Made by a program: the position numbers and the translations under genes. Below, in pieces: positions 27,275-36,853 of a stretch of 37,013 nt of DNA. The DNA comes from a virus (taxonomy: Duplodnaviria > Caudoviricetes). The notes beneath the pieces were generated by a model. That model was given only the letters and a program-made list of their open reading frames with translations. It was not told where the DNA came from and did not search any database. Location: positions 1 through 37,013 of the IMG/VR virus record IMGVR_UViG_3300029258_001319; one strand, written 5' to 3'. Within the stretch, counting starts at the first letter, position 1, and the number at the start of each line of letters is the position of its first letter.

Positions 27275-29044
27275 TCACTTACCGAATAACCATAAATACT
27301 TCTCATAATCATTTCTGGTTGGATTCGGATTTATACCACGATTAGTGTTGTGGTTCGGCATAACAGGTAAAGAAGGATTAAAATCTTGTGACTTATCTTT
27401 ATACTCATTTGTAGAAACAGCCCAACTATCAATCATAGCCTTAGTTTGTTCTGTAACTTTTTCTAATTGAGTGAAAGAATTTTCGCCCACATATATTGCC
27501 ATGGCCATTGCCATAATAAGGTCATCATGTTGTCCTTTTTGGTGGTCAGGTCTTCCGTTAACATAAACAAAAGTTCCCAACTCATTAAATAATCTCATTG
27601 AACGTACTCTAAAGTCGTGTCGTAATGCTTCCTCAAACGATGCAATAATCTGAACACGTTTTGAGTTAAAGTTTAATCCAGGTATCTTTTCACGCATTTT
27701 AGGATTATACTTCCACTTATCTGCGGCGTTCAATCCATCAACATATAAATTCTTATATCCCATCTCTTGTAGTTTACGAGATGTTGATACCCCCATACCT
27801 CCAGTAATATCAATTACAATAAATGCCGAATACATTGTAGCCCATTTAAATGCAACCTCAGCAGCAACATCAGGTGGTATCTTTCCGATGTATTCTAAGA
27901 CCTGTTCTCTTTCATCAAAGTCTATAATCGTAAATGTGGTAAAGTCTTCACTATCACCACGAGAAACGTCAATACCCATAATATACTTGTGACCTTGTAT
28001 TGGCTCTTTCCACTGCCATATGGCACCACCCATAAATTTGTTTTCAGGTTCACATATATCATTATCTTTCATACGGTCCATAGTATCTTGAGGGATAACA
28101 TTATCCCCTGAACCTAAGAAGTTACACTCCAATTCCTGTGCAATCTTTCGTCTGTCAAATTTTAATTTCTTTGACATCTTTTCAAACCACGTAGAATATG
28201 GTTTGTATCCATCCTCAAACTTTTTACTTATTTCTTTGAAGTCCCTTTTCATTGGGTCCACATCAGAATAGTCTAATATAATCTCATCATCGTTATAATC
28301 TTCACGATTTAACATATAATGAACAATATCTTTTACTTTAATAAGTTTTAAGTCATCAGCATAACGGGGGTCACGATACCAAAACATTTCAGTGATTTTG
28401 AAATCGTTCATATTTTTAATCGCTTGATTATAAATCGAATAATATATTGGGTCAAATCCGTTAGGGGTAGATATTACAATTACTTTACCACCCGTAGAAA
28501 GAGATGCCATACAGGCAGACCAGAAGTCATTATCTGCTTCAATAAATGCTGCTTCATCAAATATTAGAATAGTCGGAGTATAACCACGAAGTGCATCTTT
28601 TGATGTTGCAACGGCTTTTACCTCACACCCATTAGATAGTTTAAAGTGTCTTTGTGAATTCTTTTCTGCCGAGAAACTAATACCAAACCATGACGGCCAT
28701 TGGTCAACAAAAGAACGAATCTTATTTGCCATTTCTTGAGACGTATCAAGTTTGTTAGCAATAATAAGAATCTTTTCTGGTTTTGTTTTAGGAGCGGTTA
28801 CTAATCGTTTTGAGACCCATGCTGAGGTAACTGTAGATACACCTGCCTGACGATACTTTAAGGCAATGTTTTCCTCATGCGTATCATAATCATTAATAAG
28901 ACTAACTTGGTCAGGGAATAGTTCTAATGGAACGTATTTGGACTGAGTGTTATCGTAGGTTTGTAAATAGGTCTTTAAAGCATATGGGGTATCTTTTACA
29001 CAACGTGCATATTCGAGTATTGCCTGTTCTCTTGATAAACCCAT
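27275..29044 (-). CDS. terL: Terminase large subunit (T4 gp17-like)
   Basis: KYRQAGVST, LIFDEAAF, ISTPNG, QELECNF, MGIDVSRG, HDDLIMA. Confidence 0.94.
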   Translation of the reverse strand: MGLSREQAILEYARCVKDTPYALKTYLQTYDNTQSKYVPLELFPDQVSLINDYDTHEENIALKYRQAGVSTVTSAWVSKRLVTAPKTKPEKILIIANKLDTSQEMANKIRSFVDQWPSWFGISFSAEKNSQRHFKLSNGCEVKAVATSKDALRGYTPTILIFDEAAFIEADNDFWSACMASLSTGGKVIVISTPNGFDPIYYSIYNQAIKNMNDFKITEMFWYRDPRYADDLKLIKVKDIVHYMLNREDYNDDEIILDYSDVDPMKRDFKEISKKFEDGYKPYSTWFEKMSKKLKFDRRKIAQELECNFLGSGDNVIPQDTMDRMKDNDICEPENKFMGGAIWQWKEPIQGHKYIMGIDVSRGDSEDFTTFTIIDFDEREQVLEYIGKIPPDVAAEVAFKWATMYSAFIVIDITGGMGVSTSRKLQEMGYKNLYVDGLNAADKWKYNPKMREKIPGLNFNSKRVQIIASFEEALRHDFRVRSMRLFNELGTFVYVNGRPDHQKGQHDDLIMAMAMAIYVGENSFTQLEKVTEQTKAMIDSWAVSTNEYKDKSQDFNPSLPVMPNHNTNRGINPNPTRNDYEKYLWLFGK

Positions 29045-29063
29045 ATTGTCATCACTTTATTTT

Positions 29064-30338
29064 TTATTCGGCAGGGTCAATACCTAAACCATCTAAGAAA
29101 TCGTCTAAATCAAAACCTTCATCCTCATCGTCATCTCTAAACTGACCCATTGATTCTTCGTATTCCTCATCTTTAATTTCTTGTATGATTTCATCAACCA
29201 TGGCTCTAACCGCCTTTTTACCATCTTCACTACCTGAAAGTATTTCTTTAGCCAATTCAAAGAATTGTTCAGTACTCAATGCTGAGAAACGAGAGAATAA
29301 ATAGTTTTGAATTTCTCTCATATCATCTTCAAATAACTCATCAGGATATACCTCTAAGAATTTTTCCCAAATAACAGGACCTAATCTTAAATCCCATATT
29401 TCGTATGGTAAGGTATCTTGTGATGCCATAACCATTTCAGCTTGTTTTGGGTCGTCAGGTAATCCGTGTGTTCCCATAATCTCATATACACCCTTTAACA
29501 ACTCGTGTATTAAGACTGGAAAGAACATACCCTTAGCTTTAATTGTCGGTGGGTCTGTACTATCGTCAATCTCTTCTGAACCTGCAACACCTTGACCTGA
29601 ATCAGCCATCATTTGTGCTGCCTCATCTGGCATAATCCAATAAATTAAATCATTGATTGACATTAACACACCATATAAATTTAATAATTCAGGATTCAAA
29701 CGGTTTAATTCTTCTTCAACCAAATTAAACATGTAGTGACCTTTTTTAGATGCACCTTGTATAAGTGAATTAATAAATCTTCTTTTGGCTTTCTCCATAT
29801 CAAACTTATCGAATGCCGCCATGAAGTTGTCCAAATCTTCTTCAGCCTCATCTTCACTCACTCCAAACATTTGTTCAATATCTTCTGAAGATGGTTCTTC
29901 TGATTGTTTTCTCATTTTTGATGTATCCATTTGTGATGGAGAACCTATTAGCTCAACATCAAATAGAAAACTACCCTCAGGAATAGACATTTCTTTTTTA
30001 ACTAAATCTACTGCTAAATTTTCCAAATATTCCTCATTACCATTTTCTATGGACTTTACCTTCTGTACTGCTTGCATCAACATCATTTGAAGTTGCATAA
30101 AAGCATTTTGACCCGATACATTTGTTAAACCAGTATATTGTTTGACTTTGTTAACAACATCTTTAAATCTTTTAGATGCAATCAACTCCTCAAATCTATC
30201 TTCACCTTCCTGTTCAGGAAATGCAGGTGAATCAGATAAAGGTGTTTCTCCTTTTTCTATTTTACTCTGTATATCTGGTGCCATTCTTTCAGGACTGTCA
30301 CCATAACTAATTGGTGCTTCTTTAAGATTTTTTTTCAT
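29064..30338 (-). CDS. Hypothetical head-module protein
   Basis: 424-aa ORF from ATG 30338, with FPVLIHELLKG and an acidic C-terminus. Confidence 0.75.
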   Translation of the reverse strand: MKKNLKEAPISYGDSPERMAPDIQSKIEKGETPLSDSPAFPEQEGEDRFEELIASKRFKDVVNKVKQYTGLTNVSGQNAFMQLQMMLMQAVQKVKSIENGNEEYLENLAVDLVKKEMSIPEGSFLFDVELIGSPSQMDTSKMRKQSEEPSSEDIEQMFGVSEDEAEEDLDNFMAAFDKFDMEKAKRRFINSLIQGASKKGHYMFNLVEEELNRLNPELLNLYGVLMSINDLIYWIMPDEAAQMMADSGQGVAGSEEIDDSTDPPTIKAKGMFFPVLIHELLKGVYEIMGTHGLPDDPKQAEMVMASQDTLPYEIWDLRLGPVIWEKFLEVYPDELFEDDMREIQNYLFSRFSALSTEQFFELAKEILSGSEDGKKAVRAMVDEIIQEIKDEEYEESMGQFRDDDEDEGFDLDDFLDGLGIDPAE

Positions 30339-31167
30339 CACTAAATGTTATATCTAAATTATCAAACTTTAAAAATGATGGTAATTGCATTGCGAATGTT
30401 TCATCATCTTTTTTAGCCTTTGGTGCTGGTTTGTGTTTTGGTTGGTTCCATCTTCGTTTACCAGGTTTTGATGGAGTTTTAGTAGGTGCCTTTGTTGGTG
30501 CTTCTTTTGTACCTGGACTCTGTTCTACTAAATTCAATAAATCTTTTTTTGTCATACTTGGTGTAATGTGTTTTTGAACTAACTTAATTAATGATTCTTC
30601 AATCATCTTTACATTACGAATATAACTTTCTTTTTTTGTTTTTTCAACTTTTTTTGGTAAACCCTTATGTTTAGTACTTGCAAAATCGTCAACTTCTTTT
30701 TTAGTCATTGATTTAGCAGCATCTTTAACTTTTTTAGTTACCTCAGATGAATCAACATCACCCTCTTTATATGCTTTAACTAAACCCATGAATTTTTGTT
30801 GTTGTTTTGAAACAGCCTTTTCTTCAATTTCTCCTTCATCCATACCGTCTTGGTAATTACCCATACCATCATTAGTACTTGGACCTACTTGTTTTGGGTC
30901 TTGTGTCTGCTGTCCTTTATAAGGTTTTAAGGGTTCAACATCATCTTCAGAAACTTCACCCTCTTTTGATACTTGTACATTTGTACCTTGTTTTGCAATA
31001 TCTGCAATTTTACTTGGTTCAGTATCTTTAGGTACTGTAACTGTACCCTGTTCTTTAATCATTCTTTTATAAAGAATGTTGATTTGGCTTTCATTCAAAT
31101 TACGAAGGGTTTCAAATGCAAAACCCTCTTTAATCAATTTTATTACTCTAATATCGTTAGTTTTCAT
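30322..31167 (-). CDS. Hypothetical protein with a DUF3008-like domain
   Basis: AVSKQQQKFMG...AAKSMTKKEVDDFASTKHKGLP. Confidence 0.7.
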   Translation of the reverse strand: MKTNDIRVIKLIKEGFAFETLRNLNESQINILYKRMIKEQGTVTVPKDTEPSKIADIAKQGTNVQVSKEGEVSEDDVEPLKPYKGQQTQDPKQVGPSTNDGMGNYQDGMDEGEIEEKAVSKQQQKFMGLVKAYKEGDVDSSEVTKKVKDAAKSMTKKEVDDFASTKHKGLPKKVEKTKKESYIRNVKMIEESLIKLVQKHITPSMTKKDLLNLVEQSPGTKEAPTKAPTKTPSKPGKRRWNQPKHKPAPKAKKDDETFAMQLPSFLKFDNLDITFSDEKKS

Positions 31168-31565
31168 TCTACTAAACTTTTATCCCATTTGAGAATTATA
31201 TCTCGTTCATATAATTTATCTGCAACCGATTTTTCACTTTCACCGTAATGGAAAACCAAACGAGTATATTTTTTGTCGGTTACGGCTTCGCAATCAGAAT
31301 CTTCCCATCCGAGAGCGATAACTCCTTCAACAGAGTCAAACACTGAAAAGAAATCAGAGTTTTGAATTAAGTTTAACTCTATACCTGAGTTTTTCAAAAC
31401 CCCCACCTTTTCTATAAAATTAATATGGGGTGGTGTTGGTCTCCCTGAAGCTGGTTCAACGTCCCAATCATCACCCCATACATCTTCTTGTGTGGAGAAG
31501 ATAAATTCGTATACGTTATCTCCCTTGAAATTAGGTCCGAGTTCGTTAACGTAAATTAGTTTCAT
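31164..31565 (-). CDS. Hypothetical protein
   Basis: 133-aa ORF overlapping both neighbours by 4 nt. Confidence 0.75.
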   Translation of the reverse strand: MKLIYVNELGPNFKGDNVYEFIFSTQEDVWGDDWDVEPASGRPTPPHINFIEKVGVLKNSGIELNLIQNSDFFSVFDSVEGVIALGWEDSDCEAVTDKKYTRLVFHYGESEKSVADKLYERDIILKWDKSLVE

Positions 31566-32803
31566 AGGATTTCACCATTAGAAGAAACTTTAATTGTCTT
31601 TCCATCAGCTTCAAAAACCAAATTACCTTTGTTTGTTTTTCCGATGAACTTAACAGTGTTGTGTTCTTTAATGATAAAATCTGAAGTTAATTCTTGTTCT
31701 ACTGATTCTGAAAGATTTTTGATTTCTTTTCTTACCAAAGAATTCTTAACTCTTTCAGTGATGTATTTTTTTACATCTCTATCTTTATTCATTTTTTGTT
31801 CTTCTTCAGAAACTACAAAGTATTTTGATAATACCTTTTCAATTTTTGATTCTGAAAAAATTTCATCCATTGTTTGGTCATATGGTTTAGCACCTTCACC
31901 CATTTCTGGTTCAACGTCTGATTCGATGTCCATATCTAAATCCATCATATCGTCATCTGCGTCAACATCGATGTCTGCTTCGTCATCAACACCATAGTCG
32001 ATTTCGTCTTCATCTTCTTCAAACTTAGCCATTACATCATCATAGTCCTCTTCTGTAAGTTTTGATAAATCCAAGGCAGATAAAACTGAATTTAAAACAT
32101 ACTTAATATTTTCTGATGATAACCCTTGTGAAGATTCAAAAGTTCTTAATTTTTGACCTAACTTTCCTGTTAATTTTTGAATGGTTTTAAATGATATTTC
32201 CTCATCATCGTCACCTTCAGGTGCTTCCATGTCCATATCTAAGTCCATTTCTTCACCACCTTCAGGAGTTTCCATACCCATATCTAAGTCTAATTCTTCA
32301 CCACCTTCAGGTGCTGCGTCCATACTCATATCCATACTCATTTCTTCACCACCTTCAGGTGCTGCGTCAGGAGCTGGAGCCGGTACATCCATTTCAACAG
32401 AAGCGTCAACTTCAGGTTCAGCTGGTTTTGGTGTTTTCAAAACAAATTTCTTTTGCTCACCAATAAGGTTAATACCTTCAACATTTTCATGAAGTCTATT
32501 TAATTCACCAGCCATCAAGTTTATTTTCTTCATTGCTTGTGAATATGAATTATGATACTTTCTGTTTTTCATTGGTTCAATATAGTCTAATTCTGACTCA
32601 TTGATACCACTTTTAACAATGTATCCTGATTTTTCTTTTACAATACCATAATAATTTCCATCAGCTAATTGGATTGTATATTCTGATGAAGATGATGATT
32701 CGTTAAGATTAGAAGATTGACCGTAATTGGCTATTTCCATAATACGTCTAAGTTTGTCTGAACCTTCTAATTTTTCACTTCCGATAGGTCTTAAATCTGC
32801 CAT
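31562..32803 (-). CDS. Acidic low-complexity protein, possible prohead core protein
   Basis: 413 aa, with a D/E/M-rich centre containing PEGGEE repeats. Confidence 0.75.
   Translation of the reverse strand: MADLRPIGSEKLEGSDKLRRIMEIANYGQSSNLNESSSSSEYTIQLADGNYYGIVKEKSGYIVKSGINESELDYIEPMKNRKYHNSYSQAMKKINLMAGELNRLHENVEGINLIGEQKKFVLKTPKPAEPEVDASVEMDVPAPAPDAAPEGGEEMSMDMSMDAAPEGGEELDLDMGMETPEGGEEMDLDMDMEAPEGDDDEEISFKTIQKLTGKLGQKLRTFESSQGLSSENIKYVLNSVLSALDLSKLTEEDYDDVMAKFEEDEDEIDYGVDDEADIDVDADDDMMDLDMDIESDVEPEMGEGAKPYDQTMDEIFSESKIEKVLSKYFVVSEEEQKMNKDRDVKKYITERVKNSLVRKEIKNLSESVEQELTSDFIIKEHNTVKFIGKTNKGNLVFEADGKTIKVSSNGEIL
32212..32369. repeat. Degenerate 45-48-bp coding tandem repeat (APEGGEEMxxDM)
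   Basis: CACCTTCAGG occurs at 32212, 32257, 32302 and 32350. Confidence 0.85.
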
Positions 32804-32824
32804 TTTATTTTTTATTTAATTTTT

Positions 32825-32998
32825 TTAATTGTTTAGTCCGTTGAAACCACCTAATGTAACTGCACTACATTGTTGTGCCCCAACGTTTTGATTTTTTCCA
32901 TCTGTATAAACGGGGTGTGGAGCCGTTACCGTATCACCACTTGCGTTCCATGGTATTTCATACGTATAATAATTGTCAGTACATCCAGTAATTGCCAT
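32825..32998 (-). CDS. Small hypothetical protein, 57 aa (not in the ORF track)
   Basis: MAITGCTDNYYTYEIPWNASGDTVTAPHPVYTDGKNQNVGAQQCSAVTLGGFNGLNN, with TATTTATT at 33013-33020 upstream. Confidence 0.7.
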   Translation of the reverse strand: MAITGCTDNYYTYEIPWNASGDTVTAPHPVYTDGKNQNVGAQQCSAVTLGGFNGLNN

Positions 32999-33067
32999 AA
33001 CTATTTTTTATTAATAAATATACGAATTGTTGTGTTTTTCCAATTTTCTTTATATTTAAGATTATTC

Positions 33068-33826
33068 TTAAATGTTTTCTTCTCCTTCTAAGGATAGGCG
33101 TTTATCCATAATCTCGTTTTGAAAATCAAAAAGTTTTTGAATATAACCGTTTCTTCTTAAGAACTTAAACACCAAATTTTCATACGAATATTCACCGTTT
33201 TTTTCCAAACCACAGGTTCTATATTTCTTAAGTTTATCTTTAACTTTATCTATTTTTTCAACAGCAGTTTCCAAGTCTTCATCACCTTCCTCAATGTCGT
33301 CAATCACCAAGTCAATAATGTCTTTCCATTGGTCAACTTTTTGTTTTAATTTACCTTCGTCTATGGTTACTTCTTCTGGTGATGGTTCTTTAATCCACTC
33401 ATCATATAAAACTGAATAAACCCCACTTGAAATGTGAGGTTCATTAGTATCTTGAACATATAACTCAACGTCATAACCTTTTACAGTAATGTCGTGTGTT
33501 GAGTTAAATAAAGTTTTTTTGATTTTAAATAATTCTTGGACCAATTCTTTTTTATCACCTGACTCGTCAAAGTCATACATGATATGTAAATCCACATCTG
33601 AGAATTCAGACCAATTATAATTTGCCAGTGACCCTGTCATTGTCACATCTTGTACGAAAATTTCTAAACCTAAGAAACCAACAAACTCATTTGCAATCTC
33701 CATCAATCTTTTTCTGATGTCTTCTTTCATCTTAGCATCAGAGGGATTGTCAGGATTGTCCCATATCTTTGGGTTGAGTTCATCCTTAACATAAAAACTC
33801 TTAATTATGTTATCAAAATTTTCCAT
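33068..33826 (-). CDS. Pol-beta superfamily nucleotidyltransferase
   Basis: TGSLANYNWSEFSDVDLHI (GS...DxD), a third acidic residue in YDVELY, and a helical C-domain. TATTTATA lies at 33832-33839. Confidence 0.8.
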   Translation of the reverse strand: MENFDNIIKSFYVKDELNPKIWDNPDNPSDAKMKEDIRKRLMEIANEFVGFLGLEIFVQDVTMTGSLANYNWSEFSDVDLHIMYDFDESGDKKELVQELFKIKKTLFNSTHDITVKGYDVELYVQDTNEPHISSGVYSVLYDEWIKEPSPEEVTIDEGKLKQKVDQWKDIIDLVIDDIEEGDEDLETAVEKIDKVKDKLKKYRTCGLEKNGEYSYENLVFKFLRRNGYIQKLFDFQNEIMDKRLSLEGEENI

Positions 33827-33849
33827 TACTATATAAATAGTGTGGAATA

Positions 33850-34098
33850 TTACTTTGTTAATTTTTTGTATTTGTATTTCTTAGATATCTCTTTGTTAAA
33901 GAAACTACCCTGAGATTCTGCCATCCTGAATTTTGTATATGCTGAGTGTGGTACATCTTCATATAGATATTGTGCACCGTTTTTGAATGTTACAGTTAAT
34001 GTCTTTTCACCTGTATCATATACCGTCTTAATTAGATTACTAGATTCAATCTCATTGATAATTTGTTTACCTTCGATTTTTTCACTTTTTACTGCCAT
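33850..34098 (-). CDS. KTSC domain protein
   Basis: ESSNL...YD...LTVTFKNGAQYLYEDVP...AESQGSFFNKEI. Confidence 0.88.
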   Translation of the reverse strand: MAVKSEKIEGKQIINEIESSNLIKTVYDTGEKTLTVTFKNGAQYLYEDVPHSAYTKFRMAESQGSFFNKEISKKYKYKKLTK

Positions 34099-34138
34099 AA
34101 CTATACTTTTTTATTAAGTATAATAAATGTGTTAAAAT

Positions 34139-34166
34139 AAAAAACCCCTCTTTGTGGGAGGGGTTT
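34139..34166 (-). terminator. Intrinsic terminator
   Basis: AAACCCCTC...GAGGGGTTT stem with an A-run on its left, just after the UVR gene. Confidence 0.75.
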
Positions 34167-34171
34167 GTTAA

Positions 34172-34618
34172 TTAACCTTTTAACTTGTTAATTTCATCTC
34201 GTAGTTTTATTGCTTGTTCAAACTGTTGTTCTTTAACCGCTTTATCGAGTTTTGTTTGTAACTCAGAAATCTTTTCTTCGTTTTCTTCGAGTTTCTGAAT
34301 TTGGTCTCTAAGCTCGGCAGCTCTTTCATAATTTTGTTCCTCAACACAACGTTCCATCTCTTTCTTTAATGAAGAGATTTCTGTAGATGACTTTTTATTG
34401 TTTGAGGTTGTAGATGAACTACCATAACTTCTAACGATACTGGTAACTGAATAGGAACCATCATCAGAAATAAAACTTTCCTTATGCCACTCACCATTTT
34501 CATCGGTTCCGCTTTCAGAATTTGTTTTACCTTTCACGAAAAAGGGTTGATTGAACATTGAGTCCATGTCGTTGAACATGTTAAACAGGTCATTAAAATT
34601 TCTTTTTTTTCCAAACAT
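34172..34618 (-). CDS. Tandem UvrB/UvrC (UVR) motif protein, candidate ClpC partner
   Basis: QNYERAAELRDQI and QQFEQAIKLRDEI. The likely start is ATG 34618 (MFGKKR). Confidence 0.8.
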   Translation of the reverse strand: MFGKKRNFNDLFNMFNDMDSMFNQPFFVKGKTNSESGTDENGEWHKESFISDDGSYSVTSIVRSYGSSSTTSNNKKSSTEISSLKKEMERCVEEQNYERAAELRDQIQKLEENEEKISELQTKLDKAVKEQQFEQAIKLRDEINKLKG

Positions 34619-34712
34619 AGTTTTTTTATTTAATAATAGTTTATTATCTTTGTAATGTTTATTTGTGGTCAATACAGAGAAAAGTATGCCATTTATAAAT
34701 ATATGAATAATG

Positions 34713-34758
34713 ACTGACAAAATGTCAGTAGTATAAAAAAATATCAGACATTTTGACA
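34713..34758. promoter_or_regulatory. Operator-like palindrome ACTGACA-AAA-TGTCAGT plus a degenerate copy 31 bp away
   Basis: Perfect 7-3-7 inverted repeat at 34713-34729, and TCAGACATTTTGACA at 34744-34758. Confidence 0.6.
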
Positions 34759-34762
34759 AAGA

Positions 34763-34793
34763 TTGGATTATATCACAATTTTTGTTAGATTTG
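34763..34793 (+). promoter_or_regulatory. Bacteroidota primary-sigma promoter for clpC (TTG-N20-TAGATTTG)
   Basis: TTG at 34763-34765 and TAGATTTG at 34786-34793. Confidence 0.6.
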
Positions 34794-34819
34794 TACAGTA
34801 AAACTTTAATAGAAAGAAT

Positions 34820-36838
34820 ATGATTGAAGAAGTAGACCCAAACGAAAAAGGAGGACGTAAAAGTAGAGGTGAAGTATCAACATCAGGTACACCTGTACTT
34901 GATAACTTCTCACGAGATTTAATTAAACTTGCCGAACAAGGTAAATTGGACCCTGTTATCGGTCGAGACCGCGAGATTAATCGCATCGCTCAGATTCTTT
35001 CACGTAGAAAGAAAAACAACCCTATTATCATTGGTGAACCTGGTTGTGGTAAGACCGCAATAGTTGAAGGATTGGCTATGAAGATTTTTCAGGGTGATTG
35101 TCCAACGAACCTCGCAGACAAACGTATCGTATCATTAGATATGACATCGATTGTTGCAGGTACCAAATATCGTGGACAGTTTGAAGAACGTCTGAAAGTA
35201 ATCTTAGATGAACTTCATGAAAATCCTGACATCATCGTTTTCATCGATGAGATTCATACCATCATAGGTGCAGGTAATTCATCAGGTTCATTGGATGCAT
35301 CAAACATCTTCAAACCCGCACTTGCTCGTGGTGAACTACAATGTATCGGAGCAACCACATTGGATGAGTATCGTGAGAACATCGAAAAAGACGGAGCATT
35401 GGAACGTAGATTCCAAAAGGTTATGGTCGATGGTGCCACACCTGAGGAAACTTTAGAAATCCTTAACCGTCTAAAACCGTTCTACGAAAAACACCACAAA
35501 GTGAACTACACTGACGCGGCTTTGGATGCTTGTGTAACCCTTGCAGGTCGTTACATCACAGACCGTGAATTTCCTGATAAGGCGATTGACGTAATGGATG
35601 AAGTGGGTGCAAAAAGTCAAATCAATGTACAACTACCTGAAGCTATCGAAGATTTAAAAGCCGAAGCTTCTAAAATCAAAGAAGATAAGATTAAGGTAGT
35701 TAAACTACAAAAGTATGAGGAGGCAGCACACCTACGTGACCGTGAAAAGAAACTTCTAAAGAAACTCGAAGAGGAAAAGAAGAAGTTTGAGGAAGAACAA
35801 AACACCAACCGTAAAGATGTGACAGAGGATATGGTATATGAAGTGGTATCAACCATGACAAAAATTCCAGTATCCAAACTCAACACCGATGAAGTGGAGT
35901 CACTATTGAACTTGGAGAACAACCTTAACCAATCAGTTATCGGTCAGTCAGAAGCGGTAACAAAGATTTCAAAGGCAATCCGTAGAAATCGTGTGGGTAT
36001 CAAAGACCCCAACCGTCCAATCGGTTCATTTATCTTCTTGGGTTCAACAGGTATCGGTAAAACACACTTAGCTAAACGTCTCGCAGAAGAAATCTTCGGA
36101 GATGAAGAAGCATTAATCCGTGTGGATATGTCTGAATATCAAGAAAAGTACTCAATGAGTAGATTGATTGGCTCTCCTCCAGGATATGTGGGTTACAACG
36201 AAGGTGGACAACTAACAGAAGCAGTAAAGAACAAACCTTACTCTGTAGTATTGTTCGATGAGATTGAAAAGGCAAACAAAGACATCTTCTCACTCTTACT
36301 ACAACTGTTAGACGATGGTCACCTTACCGATAGTTTTGGTAGAAAGATTAACTTCAGAAACTGTTTGATTATAATGACATCAAACTTAGGGGTTAAGAAA
36401 CTTCAAGACTTCGGAACAGGAATTGGATTTGACACGACAACAAAAATGTCAAAAGACGAAGAACTTAAAAAGGTATTGTTGGAGAAAGAACTTAAAAACT
36501 TCTTCACCCCTGAGTTCCTAAATCGTGTTGACGAAGTGGTAGTGTTCAATCCACTAAAAGAACTACAAGTTCAACAAATCGTTGAGATTGAGGTTACCAA
36601 ACTTCTCAAAAGAGTTAAGAAAATTGGTTATGATATCACCATCACAAAAGGTGTGAAAGATTTTATCTCCAAAGTAGGGTTCGATGAGAAGTACGGAGCA
36701 CGTCCTATCAAACGAGCAATTCAAGAAAAGATTGAAGACCTCGTATCTGAAGAAATTCTTAAAAAGAACATTGTTATCGGAAAGAAATATTCTCTTCAGA
36801 TGAAAGGAAAAGAAGAAATCATTGTTAAGGGGAAATAA
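34820..36838 (+). CDS. clpC: ClpC-type AAA+ ATPase lacking the N-terminal Clp-repeat domain
   Basis: Two AAA modules ([14 protein letters not shown] and [16 protein letters not shown]), a UVR-type middle domain (YEEAAHLRD) and the ClpP-binding IGF loop. Confidence 0.9.
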   Translation: MIEEVDPNEKGGRKSRGEVSTSGTPVLDNFSRDLIKLAEQGKLDPVIGRDREINRIAQILSRRKKNNPIIIGEPGCGKTAIVEGLAMKIFQGDCPTNLADKRIVSLDMTSIVAGTKYRGQFEERLKVILDELHENPDIIVFIDEIHTIIGAGNSSGSLDASNIFKPALARGELQCIGATTLDEYRENIEKDGALERRFQKVMVDGATPEETLEILNRLKPFYEKHHKVNYTDAALDACVTLAGRYITDREFPDKAIDVMDEVGAKSQINVQLPEAIEDLKAEASKIKEDKIKVVKLQKYEEAAHLRDREKKLLKKLEEEKKKFEEEQNTNRKDVTEDMVYEVVSTMTKIPVSKLNTDEVESLLNLENNLNQSVIGQSEAVTKISKAIRRNRVGIKDPNRPIGSFIFLGSTGIGKTHLAKRLAEEIFGDEEALIRVDMSEYQEKYSMSRLIGSPPGYVGYNEGGQLTEAVKNKPYSVVLFDEIEKANKDIFSLLLQLLDDGHLTDSFGRKINFRNCLIIMTSNLGVKKLQDFGTGIGFDTTTKMSKDEELKKVLLEKELKNFFTPEFLNRVDEVVVFNPLKELQVQQIVEIEVTKLLKRVKKIGYDITITKGVKDFISKVGFDEKYGARPIKRAIQEKIEDLVSEEILKKNIVIGKKYSLQMKGKEEIIVKGK

Positions 36839-36853
36839 TTCCCCTTGACATTT
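36823..36853 (+). terminator. Hairpin over the clpC stop codon, weak U-tract
   Basis: TGTTAAGGGGAA-ATAA-TTCCCCTTGACA followed by TTT. Confidence 0.5.

Noticed and set aside
28200-28370. Extra segment in TerL as an intein or intron
   Set aside because: It is short and in frame, and lacks intein terminal residues or a homing endonuclease motif.
33027-33058. TTG...TATATTTA on +, a possible antisense promoter into the nucleotidyltransferase gene
   Set aside because: The -7 box is imperfect, the spacing is off and there is no downstream sense gene.
32870-33091. 73-aa + strand ORF
   Set aside because: It overlaps the better-supported 57-aa - strand gene and its promoter motif.
34619-34759. 47-aa N-terminal extension of the UVR ORF in the track
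   Set aside because: It runs through the regulatory region. ATG 34618 has the typical A-rich context.
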